A stretch of 64,000 nt of DNA from the NCBI GenBank assembly GCA_036488825.1, contig DASXGZ010000006.1, positions 1,463 to 65,462 on the forward strand, in the 5' to 3' direction. Origin of the DNA: Candidatus Angelobacter sp. (GTDB taxonomy: Bacteria; Acidobacteriota; Terriglobia; Terriglobales; Acidobacteriaceae). Position numbers and translations under genes: made by a program. Shown here piece after piece: positions 36,365 through 45,700 of this stretch. Position 1 is the stretch's first letter; each line of letters starts with the position of its first letter. The notes below the pieces were generated by a model. It worked only from the letters and a program-made list of their open reading frames with translations, was not told the origin of the DNA and made no database searches.

Positions 36365-39300
36365 ATGCGCAAATTGGGAATAGCGGTCGCAATTCTTGTG
36401 GTTCTGCTGATAGCTGCGGTATTGATCGTGCCGCACCTGATTGATGTCAATCAATACCATGGCAAGATTCAGGTGCAGTTGGAAAAACGTTTGGGCCGGC
36501 AGGTTTCTTTGGGCAATATGCGTCTGAGCTTGTTTCCGCCTTCATTCGGTGTGGAGAATACCACGATTGCCGATGATCCCCAGTTTGCCACAGGCAGACC
36601 CTTTGCTACTGCTGACAAGCTTTCCATAAGCGTGAAGTTCTGGCCCTTGTTGCGCAAGGAAGTGGAAGTTAAGTCATTAGAGTTGGACCATCCGCATATT
36701 GAATTGGTTCGCAATGCACAAGGGATCTGGAACTTCGCGACCTTGGGACAACCATCCAAACCAACGCCTGTACAGACAGCCCCGCCGCAACCGGCGCAGA
36801 CTCCTTCCGCAACTACCACAACTGGCCCGGCGAACGCCCCTGCGAGTACCCCGGCGAGCAAACAGCCCGCTGGCCAGCTTACACTGGCGAACTTGTTCAT
36901 CAATGATGGCCAGGTTGCGATCACCGATTTGCAGAAACACCAGTCACGTGCCGTTTATGACCACATTGATTTGAACGTCGACGATTTTGCTCCGGACCAG
37001 CAATTCAGCATGAAACTGACTGCTCACCTGCCTGGCGCGGGAAAGCAAGCTGTCTGGCTGGAAGGCAAGGGCGGCCCGATTAAAGAAGCCGACATGCTCA
37101 ACACTCCGTTTGATGGCACGTTGAAGCTGGACCAGGTTTCCACATCGGCAGCGCAAAAGTTTTTGAATTCGCAAGCGCTCAACGGAATTGATGCCGTTAT
37201 TACAGGCGACGCCAAAGTCCGGAACTCTGCCGGCAAGCTGAGTTCGAATGGGACCATTCGCGTAGAAAACGCGCATATTCACAGCGTCGACGTCGGTTAT
37301 CCTATTGCTCTGGACTACGATGTTGCCGACGATCTGAACAGCGATGTCATCCAGATTCAAAAAGGCGATCTGAAACTCGGTTCTACGCCCATCTCTCTTG
37401 CAGGCACTATTAACAGCAAGCCGACCCCGGCCCAGATCGACCTCAAGCTCACGGCAGCCAACGCGTCTATCGCTGAAGCTGCTCGTCTGGCTTCAGCTTT
37501 CGGCGTGGCGTTTGGCAAAGATGTAGACGTGAAAGGCCAACTCGATGCCGATATTCAGGCGCGCGGCGCCATGAACAAGCCAGTCCTGAACGGACAACTC
37601 TCTGCCCGCAACTTGGATATCAGCGGCAAAGAGGTCCCTCAGCCGGTCAAGGTGAATGACATTACCCTCGCCCTCACGCCAGAGACAATCCGCTCCAACG
37701 AATTTGCAGCCACCACCGGTTCCACCACGGTAAACGTGAGCTTTGCCCTTTCTCAATACAGCGCGCCGAATAGTTCTATCAATGCCTCTTTGCGCGCTCC
37801 GAACGCCCGGATTGGTGAGTTAATCAACATTGCTAAAGCCGCCGGTGTTTCGGCTGTAGATGGAATGTCCGGTGACGGAACGCTCACCCTTGATGTCGAC
37901 GCCCAGGGCCCCACAAAGAACATGTCTGCCCTGAACTTTGATGGCACGGGAAAGATCAGCAATGCAAGCCTGAAGCTGCCTTCACTGACCAAGCCGGTTC
38001 AGATTCGTAATTCTGATATCCGTTTCAGCCAGAATTCAGCTTCGCTCCAGAATGTTTCGCTCACATTAGGCCAAACCAATGCGGGCGGTACGCTTACGCT
38101 CAAAAACTTTCAGGCCCCACAAGTCCAGTTTGCGCTAAATGCGGACAAGGTAAACGTGGCCGAATTACAGCAGATTTTTGCCGCCACTCCGGCGCAGCCC
38201 ACGAAGCGTGCGGGTGATTTCTGGAGTCTGGTGCCAGCCGCAAATGCTCAAGCCAAAACTGAGCCCAGCCTGCTTACCAAAATGACCGGTGGAGGCACGC
38301 TGGCCATCGGCCAAATTCAGTATGACGATCTCCTGCTGAATAATGCGCACACGAATGTAACGTTTGACCATGGCGTAATCAAATTGAATCCCGTGACTGC
38401 CGATATTTACGGCGGAAAAGAAAACGGCAGCGTCACGATCGATATGCGGCCTGCCCAGCCCGTGTACGCGGTGAACCTCAAAACAGAAAAAGTTGATGCT
38501 AATAAACTGATTTCTTCTGTATCCGATGTAAAGCAGACCATCTATGGCATGCTGGCTTCTAATGTGAATGCCAGCTTCAGTTCTTCTTCGGCCACCAGTA
38601 TCGCGCGCAGTCTCAATGGCACTTTGGCAATCAATCTGACGAACGGCAAATTGATGAACCTTGATCTGCTGCACGAGCTTGCATCGGTCGGAAAATTTTT
38701 GGGCAACGGCTTTGGCCCGCCAAAAAACTTTACGAACCTGGTCCAGCTTACCGGCAATTTCGACGTGAAAAATGGCCTTGCTCAAACCAATAATCTTAAG
38801 GCTGTAATCGATGGCGGCACTCTCGCCGCTGCCGGTCTGATCAATCTGGCGGACCAGTCACTTAACCTGCATCTGACCGCTGTGCTGGACAAAGCAATGA
38901 GTTCGCAGGTAGGTGGGACCCAGGTAGGCGGATTCATGAACACCGCGCTTGCCAACAATCAGGGCGAGCTTGTTGTGCCGGTAATTGTTACAGGGACATT
39001 TCAGCACCCGCAGGTCGCGCCAGACGTGCAACAAATCGCGCAAATGAAATTGCACAACTTACTGCCCAGCAGTAAGAATCCCGGGCAGTTGTCCACCGGA
39101 ATTCTTGGCGCGGTCCTGGGCAATAAGAACCAGACTGGCGCTTCAAATGGCAGCCAGACGAAAGGCGGGATTGGCGGAATTGTGGGTGCGATTACGGGCC
39201 AGCAACAACAGCAGCAGCAGAACCAGCAGCCCACAAGTCCAGCGGTCGGCAACAACCAGGGCCAGCAGCCACAAGCCAGTCCAACGCCAGCTCCAAACCT

Positions 39301-39373
39301 GGGAAATGTATTAAATCAGGTGCTAAACAGGAAGAAAAAGGAGGCAAGCCCAACACCAACGCCACAGAAGTAA
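36365..39373 (+). CDS. AsmA-family protein (large periplasm-spanning, TamB/AsmA-like)
   Basis: N-terminal anchor MRKLGIAVAILVVLLIAAVLIV, a long beta-rich repetitive body and a C-terminal Q/P/G-rich low-complexity tail. ATG 36365 is preceded by AGAGG. Confidence 0.85.
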   Translation: MRKLGIAVAILVVLLIAAVLIVPHLIDVNQYHGKIQVQLEKRLGRQVSLGNMRLSLFPPSFGVENTTIADDPQFATGRPFATADKLSISVKFWPLLRKEVEVKSLELDHPHIELVRNAQGIWNFATLGQPSKPTPVQTAPPQPAQTPSATTTTGPANAPASTPASKQPAGQLTLANLFINDGQVAITDLQKHQSRAVYDHIDLNVDDFAPDQQFSMKLTAHLPGAGKQAVWLEGKGGPIKEADMLNTPFDGTLKLDQVSTSAAQKFLNSQALNGIDAVITGDAKVRNSAGKLSSNGTIRVENAHIHSVDVGYPIALDYDVADDLNSDVIQIQKGDLKLGSTPISLAGTINSKPTPAQIDLKLTAANASIAEAARLASAFGVAFGKDVDVKGQLDADIQARGAMNKPVLNGQLSARNLDISGKEVPQPVKVNDITLALTPETIRSNEFAATTGSTTVNVSFALSQYSAPNSSINASLRAPNARIGELINIAKAAGVSAVDGMSGDGTLTLDVDAQGPTKNMSALNFDGTGKISNASLKLPSLTKPVQIRNSDIRFSQNSASLQNVSLTLGQTNAGGTLTLKNFQAPQVQFALNADKVNVAELQQIFAATPAQPTKRAGDFWSLVPAANAQAKTEPSLLTKMTGGGTLAIGQIQYDDLLLNNAHTNVTFDHGVIKLNPVTADIYGGKENGSVTIDMRPAQPVYAVNLKTEKVDANKLISSVSDVKQTIYGMLASNVNASFSSSSATSIARSLNGTLAINLTNGKLMNLDLLHELASVGKFLGNGFGPPKNFTNLVQLTGNFDVKNGLAQTNNLKAVIDGGTLAAAGLINLADQSLNLHLTAVLDKAMSSQVGGTQVGGFMNTALANNQGELVVPVIVTGTFQHPQVAPDVQQIAQMKLHNLLPSSKNPGQLSTGILGAVLGNKNQTGASNGSQTKGGIGGIVGAITGQQQQQQQNQQPTSPAVGNNQGQQPQASPTPAPNLGNVLNQVLNRKKKEASPTPTPQK

Positions 39374-39424
39374 AGCTTTGGCAAAGGTGGATGCCCTTAG
39401 CGTAGGCTACGGGAGTATGCCCAT

Positions 39425-41023
39425 CTAGAGCTTACCCCAGCCCCCGCCGCCGGGCGACTCAATTCTGATGCTCTCGCCTTTCTTCAGACGCACGCTGGTT
39501 TTTCCCGGAAGGATCTCTTGCGTCCCATCATGGCGGACAATCGCTGTCCGTCCTGTCGAGCCGTTTTTGCCGCCTTCCAGTCCATAGGGCCCACGACTCC
39601 GCCGATCAGCCAGCAGCGTAACTTCAGAATCAGCGAGCAACTCGACCTCACGCACGATTCCATTGCCACCACGGAATTTTCCGGCTCCGCCGCTTCCCTT
39701 GCGTAGCGAATATTGCGTGACACGCAAAGGATATGCATATTCCAGTGCCTCGGCGGGTGTATTCAGAGAGTTCGTCATATGCGTGTGCACGCCGCTCACG
39801 CCGCTCCGGTCCGGGCGCGCTCCCATCCCGCCAGCGATGGTTTCGTAATAGGCAAAGGGCTCGCCAGTGCGCTCGTCGATCCCGCCAATAGTGAGGTTAT
39901 TCATGGTGCCGGAAGAGCCTGCTGGAACGCGCTCCGGTATGGCCTGCGCCAGTGCGCGCAGCAGCACATCGACAATCCGCTGCGAAGTTTCAACATTTCC
40001 GCCAGCCACCGCTGCAGGTGGGCGCGCATTGACCACGGTCCCAGATGGGGCAATCATCCGCACCGGACGCATCAGCCCGGCGGCTGCGGGAACATCTTCC
40101 TGAAGCAGACAGCGGAAAACATAAAAGCATGCGGAAAAAGTAATCGCATCCACGGCATTGATGCTTCCGGCAACCTGGGGTGAGCTGCCGGTAAAATCCC
40201 CCGTCACCATAGGCTTGCCTGCCGCGGCTGGTTGGAACGTGAGTGCCACGGCAATCCGCACCGGCCCGGAACCAGCGCCATCATCATCCAGAAAGTCTTC
40301 CGCTTCATAACGTCCGTACGGGACCTTGCTGAGAAAAGCCCGCATCATCTTTTCCGAATAATCTTGCAACTCGTCCATTACGCTCTCTACGCGGGCCAAG
40401 CTATACCGATCCACAATTTCCCTGAGACGCTCGGCGCCCGTGTGGCAGGCAGCAATCTGCGCGTTCAAATCGCCTTCGCGCTCTTCCGGTGTGCGGACGT
40501 TGTTTAGCAGCAGGCGAAACACGTCTTCCTGCAACTTGCCAGCAGCAATCAGTTTGACCGGCGGAATCCTGACTCCTTCCTGGTATATCTCCCGGCAGAT
40601 GCCCATTGATCCGGCATACGTTCCACCAACATCGGCATGGTGCGCCCGCGAAGCAACGTAAAATGCCGGCTTGGCCGAACGCTTTTGCTTCTTAGCCCCG
40701 CTCAGAAAAACCGGAGCTACCAGCGTGATGTCCGGCAAGTGCGTGCCGCCGCAAAAAGGATCATTGAGGATGGCAACATCGCCATCATTAAGTGTGAGCT
40801 TTTCAATGGCTGCACGGACTGACATGGGCATCGATCCCAGATGCACAGGCATGTGGTCGCCCATGGCAACTACTGCGCCTGCGCCGTCGAACACGGCGCA
40901 AGAGTAATCCCGGCGCTCTTTGATGTTGGGAGAAAAAGCAGTGCGCCGCAGCGCCGCGCCCATCTCTTCAGCTATAGAGTGGAATAGGCTCTTAAAAATT
41001 TCCAGTTCAACGGGATCGCGCAT
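39425..41023 (-). CDS. Hydantoinase B / oxoprolinase-family protein (HyuB)
   Basis: DPVELEIFKSLFHSIAEEMGAALRRTAFSPNIKERRDYSCAVFD and GGGGWG near the C-terminus. Confidence 0.9.
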   Translation of the reverse strand: MRDPVELEIFKSLFHSIAEEMGAALRRTAFSPNIKERRDYSCAVFDGAGAVVAMGDHMPVHLGSMPMSVRAAIEKLTLNDGDVAILNDPFCGGTHLPDITLVAPVFLSGAKKQKRSAKPAFYVASRAHHADVGGTYAGSMGICREIYQEGVRIPPVKLIAAGKLQEDVFRLLLNNVRTPEEREGDLNAQIAACHTGAERLREIVDRYSLARVESVMDELQDYSEKMMRAFLSKVPYGRYEAEDFLDDDGAGSGPVRIAVALTFQPAAAGKPMVTGDFTGSSPQVAGSINAVDAITFSACFYVFRCLLQEDVPAAAGLMRPVRMIAPSGTVVNARPPAAVAGGNVETSQRIVDVLLRALAQAIPERVPAGSSGTMNNLTIGGIDERTGEPFAYYETIAGGMGARPDRSGVSGVHTHMTNSLNTPAEALEYAYPLRVTQYSLRKGSGGAGKFRGGNGIVREVELLADSEVTLLADRRSRGPYGLEGGKNGSTGRTAIVRHDGTQEILPGKTSVRLKKGESIRIESPGGGGWGKL

Positions 41024-41044
41024 GGCGGAATCAGCCTATCACGC

Positions 41045-41911
41045 TCACGATGCCCTTATCAGCAGGTCCGCCGCCACAAAGACGAAAAAGACCACTGCGA
41101 TCACGCCATTCATAGTGAAAAAAGCGGCATTAAGTTTACTAAGATCGCTGGCGGAGACAAGCGAATGTTCATAGGTCAGCAACAGCGCCACTACGGCAAT
41201 GCCGACCATCGCCAGCTTGCCCAGCCCAAACACAATCACCAGCGCAACCAGCAACCCGAGCATCAGGACGTGCAGAGTGCGAGCCACGATGAGCGCGCGC
41301 GGGATACCAATGGCTTGAGGGATTGAATTTAACGAATTAACGCGATCAAAATCGATGTCCTGGCAGGCATAAAGAACATCAAACCCGCCTACCCAGAACG
41401 TCACGGCCGCCGTGAGCAGCAAGATGCGCGGATCAAGCGAGCCACGCACGGCAATCCAGGCGGCAGAAGGCGCAATCCCCAGAGCAAATCCCAGCACCAG
41501 GTGTGACCAGCGGGTAAATCGCTTGGTGTAGGAATAGAGCAGGACCACCGCCAGGGCTATTGGCGAAAGATAAAGCGTGGAGCGATTGAGTTCAGCAGCC
41601 CCAAGTACAAAAAGCACACATGCTGCTATTACAAAAACAGCCGCAAACCTTGGGGACAGCGCGCCTGCCGGAATGGCGCGCATGGCTGTGCGAGGGTTGG
41701 CCGCATCAATACTCGAATCGGCAATGCGGTTGAATGCCATGGCGGCGGAGCGGGCAGAAACCATGCACACGATGATCCATCCCAGCTTGGCGGCGGCGGG
41801 CATACCCCCAGCGGCGAGCATAGCTGCGCAGAGAGCAAATGGAAGCGCAAAAATTGAATGCTCCCATTTGATCATTTCCAGCGTGGTTTTAATGTTGGTA
41901 AGGAGGGGCAC
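41045..41911 (-). CDS. UbiA-family aromatic prenyltransferase (4-hydroxybenzoate polyprenyltransferase-like)
   Basis: Polytopic membrane protein with SARSAAMAFNRIADSSIDAANPRT (NxxxDxxxD-type motif) and a second Asp-rich region, YACQDIDFD. Confidence 0.85.
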   Translation of the reverse strand: MPLLTNIKTTLEMIKWEHSIFALPFALCAAMLAAGGMPAAAKLGWIIVCMVSARSAAMAFNRIADSSIDAANPRTAMRAIPAGALSPRFAAVFVIAACVLFVLGAAELNRSTLYLSPIALAVVLLYSYTKRFTRWSHLVLGFALGIAPSAAWIAVRGSLDPRILLLTAAVTFWVGGFDVLYACQDIDFDRVNSLNSIPQAIGIPRALIVARTLHVLMLGLLVALVIVFGLGKLAMVGIAVVALLLTYEHSLVSASDLSKLNAAFFTMNGVIAVVFFVFVAADLLIRAS

Positions 41912-41927
41912 AGAATATTGTAGCTTG

Positions 41928-42050
41928 TTTTAAAATCCCGAGCAGAGCGAGGGATCGCTACGGCCACAACGATTTGGGGGCTCTATTCGCAAATCTTTAA
42001 GAGAATTTATTTCAATAGGAATCCCAGCCCCGCTCGGAATTTCAGAAAAA
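41928..42050. repeat. Imperfect inverted-repeat element, copy B (same family as 27302-27491)
   Basis: Left arm TTTTAAAATCCCGAGCAGAGCGAGGGATCGCTAC and right arm ATAGGAATCCCAGCCCCGCTCGGAATTTCAGAAAAA. It lies between the pcm stop and the ubiA start. Confidence 0.7.
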
Positions 42051-42080
42051 AGGCCAAGCGCTAAAAGCCATTAGCTGTTT

Positions 42081-42749
42081 TTACGCCGCAAAGCCGTGCT
42101 CTCCGATCAGCGGAACAAACCGGCAACCTTCAAGAGTCTTTACGTTGATGGTTCCGTCCTGTTGTCGCTCCACTAGTTGAACGACCTGTTGGTCAGACTC
42201 CCCTACCGGAACTACCAACCGGCCACCAATGGCGAGCTGCTCTACAAGCGCCTGAGGAATCCGGGGTGCTGCTGCTGAAACTATGATCGCATCGAAAGGC
42301 GCATCTAACGGCAGCCCGAGTGATCCATCAGCCGTAACCACCTTTACATTGCGATAACCCAGGCGTTCCAGCGTATTCCGGGCGGTTTCAGAAAGTGAAG
42401 CATAGCGTTCCACCGCAAAGACCTGGTTGGCAAGCTCCGCCAGAAGCGCGGTCTGGTATCCCGACCCCGCGCCGATTTCCAGCACGCGGTCTTCCGCTTT
42501 GATCTGCGCTGCCTGAATCATGGCCGCAATCATGTATGGCTGTGAGGTGGTCTGCTGTTCGGGAATAGGTATTGGATGGTCGGCATAGGCTTCAGTCCAG
42601 TTCTGCGGACTGACAAATTCATGCCGTGGAACCTTGCTCATCGCCGCCAGCAAACGCTCATCGCGGATGCCGCGCTGCCGTAACTGGTTTTCCACCATGG
42701 AGCCGCGCTCTGCAGCGAACGGTTGTGTTCCGTTTCCGTTCATGCTCAT
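42081..42749 (-). CDS. pcm: Protein-L-isoaspartate O-methyltransferase
   Basis: VPRHEFV, TSQPYMIAAM, VLEIGAGSGYQTALLAEL. The ATG overlaps the tamB stop (ATGA). Confidence 0.9.
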   Translation of the reverse strand: MSMNGNGTQPFAAERGSMVENQLRQRGIRDERLLAAMSKVPRHEFVSPQNWTEAYADHPIPIPEQQTTSQPYMIAAMIQAAQIKAEDRVLEIGAGSGYQTALLAELANQVFAVERYASLSETARNTLERLGYRNVKVVTADGSLGLPLDAPFDAIIVSAAAPRIPQALVEQLAIGGRLVVPVGESDQQVVQLVERQQDGTINVKTLEGCRFVPLIGEHGFAA

Positions 42750-45700
42750 TTTTTTCGTCGGCGTATGTGAACGTCAAAACCCAGCACGCCATTCTGGTCC
42801 CGCACAGCGACAATCGATACGTTCTTATCAATATTGTATTCCACCTGAATCACGGTTTCCGCCGATTGCGTAAGGCTGGTGACATAAGTAAACGTGATGT
42901 CGTTGCTGATCTGCTGTTCGATCGTGACACGCGCGCTGGGGTTATTTTCTGAGCCGATAAACTGCGGATCAATTTTCACCCGGCTGGCCCCAAAAAGGCG
43001 CTGCACACGATCAGTAAAAGTAGAGTTCAGCGCTTCACCCAAAATTGCATTGGAGGTGGATGCTGTATCGTTGGTGTTTGTTCCGGGCTGGCTCGCGTTG
43101 TAAACACCCTCACTGCGCGTCCGTCCGAATGCGAGCAGGGCTATGATGTCTGAATTGTCCAGCGGGGGGTCTGAACGATAGGTCATGCTCAGCCCTTTGC
43201 CGCCCACCGCCTGTCCATGCAGGCCTACTGTAATGTCATAGCCCTGCACCCGCGCTGACATATCCAGGTTAACTACAGGCTCAATCGTGAGCGGGTTGCT
43301 GAAGGTAATGTCGCCTCGTTCCAGCCGATATTTTGTGCCGCTGAAAAAGATGTCACCCTCGGCAATGTTGACGCGCCCCACAACAGCCGGCCGCGCCGCC
43401 GTCCCGCGCACATGCAGGTCCAGGTCACCGGAAAGTTTAGCCAATGATGTTTCCACACGCAGCTCTGGCGTAGATGTTATGTGCAGATCCAGCCGCGTAT
43501 TGTCCAGAAACGGATTCAGCGTTGCGATCATGGGCGCCTTCTTGCTTTGCGCCAGATAGTTGGCAAAATCAAATCTCTGGGTCATGCTAAAACGGTTGAC
43601 CACAACGTCACCGGAAAGCAGGGAGCTTTTTGCCGAACCCGTATAACGCAACGTGGCATCGGCGGAAGAACTCACGCCTGGCGGATAGCGCAACCGTATT
43701 TCACTGCCGCTGGCCGTCAGATCAAAATAAAGCCCGCTTCGATAAGCAAGAAACCCGCCTACTTTAAGCTCGCCGCCACCGGTAAGGGCCGTAAGCTTAT
43801 CTATCTGCATGCGGTCCTGCGCAAACGTGAGCGAGCCATTAATATGGCTAAGCCCGTTTGGCAGGTCGAGCAAGGAGACGGCTGCGTCCGTGAGTTCCAG
43901 TTTTCCGCTGAGCTGCGGATGATTCGAATTGCCGGCAACATTCACCGTGAAAGTGGCTGGACCGTACGCCACAAGGTTGGGATTAAACACCTGCAACAAT
44001 TTCAAGTTGAATCTTCCGCGTGAACTCAGATCCAGCGCCTGATTTCCGGTAAGCTGCACCGCTCCTCTGGCCACCAGATCGGTGTCAGTGCCTAACAGAT
44101 GAAACTCGTCTGCTTTCAGGGATTCATTTTCCAGACTGAAGTGAATGGGGCCGTCATTCTGTAGCTTTACATTCTCCACGTCAGCGGAGAGCTGGCTTAC
44201 ATTGCCTGCAATCACAAGATTGTGTGGCTGCTTCATGGGACCATGAATATCAATCGCGCCCGCCATGGATGAATGCCCCGTAATCTCTCCTTGAAAATAG
44301 GCGCGAATCAGCGGATCGAAATCAAGGTGCGAGAATTTAAGCGTGATCTGTCCCGGCCAGTCCGCATGCAGTTGAACTTTTCCATCCAGGTTAAGCTCCG
44401 CATTCTCAAAGTTAGAACGTCCACGCAGGGTCAGGTCCTCGCCACTCGTTTGTGCAAAAATCGTCATGCTGCCCACCATTTCACGGTTCAGCACGATGTT
44501 GCGAAGATCAATCTGGCCGTTGAGCGCTGTAACATCTTCCTGGCTACCGGTTCCAGCCAAATGGAACCCTGCCTGACCTTGCACGCTGAGACGCGGCAGC
44601 TCAAAAATTTGAAAGTTCCCCAGTTCAATATTTGCGCCGGTGACATCAAAACTATAATTCTCGTTATCCATGTTGTACGCAGCAGTACCGGTAAGGCGCG
44701 CGCCATTGTGGGCCAATTGGATATTTTCCAATTGCGCTTCCGAGCCATGGATACGGATGTCGCTGGAGAATGTCTTAAAAGGTTCTCCGTAAGCTGTCAG
44801 CTTTGCGATCTGAAGCTTTCCGCCACCCTGTAGATTACGCAGAGTCCCCATTGCGTTGAGATCAGCGTTTGCCGTGCCTGTGATTGGAAAATTTGTTCCG
44901 GCAAGGGCCTGCATGTCTTCCACTTTTTCATTTTGTATATGGAGAGTGATATTGAGTTGGCTGGTGTTTTCATCGAAGTCGCCCTGCCGCAAGCCTGCGC
45001 TGGCAGAAAAGCCGAGTTGAGCGGCGCCACGGCGCAATGTCCCACGCTGCAATGAAACGCCAGTTGGCGAGTAGATGAGATCGGCTGAAAGTGAATCCCA
45101 ATGAAACCGCGGCGGCTTGGCGGTTCCTTTTTGTGCCCGCGCTAAGTGGAACTCTGTATCAAATTTTTCCAGTTCCACGTGGCCACGCGCTGCAAGCGCG
45201 TCCAGCTTGCCGTAAACGACTCCGTTGAAAGAGGAACGCCCCTCCAGCGTCAATGGCAGCCGCGTTCCTGGATCGAGCGCATCCAGCGCAGGCTGCAATT
45301 CGCGCAGGTCTGTGGCATTCAGTGAAACTTTGGCCAATGCGCTTTCCGATCCCAGCGTACCGGTGGCGCTCACACGAATGTTGCGTGTAGCTAATGTCAG
45401 ACCTGCCACGTCCAATCTTCGGATATCGCCATGGTAAATGGCTTGCAATTGGGCGGTGACAGGAACTTCTTTGGAAACCGGGGCTGGCGGCGGTGACACT
45501 TCCAAATTTAGATCTGAAACCGCATTTTTCAGCGATCCTGCCCAGGAAGAACTGACGTCACCAGAAACGTTACCGGTCATTTCAATCTTGTCCAATGGCA
45601 TCTTAGATGTGGAGATCGCTGCCGCAACTTTGTGGATTTGTACTCCCGCAAGATGTAGCTTAGTGCTGCCACGCTCAACCTGCATCTTCTTTCCGTGCAG

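Noticed and set aside
36469-38785. Antisense ORFs (up to 206 aa) inside the AsmA-family gene.
   Set aside because: They are shadow ORFs opposite a 1002-aa gene with a clear membrane anchor and repetitive beta-rich body.
39181-39230. CAG/CAA-rich run that looks like a microsatellite.
   Set aside because: It is in frame within the AsmA-family gene and encodes the poly-Gln part of its low-complexity tail. It is not a perfect tandem repeat.
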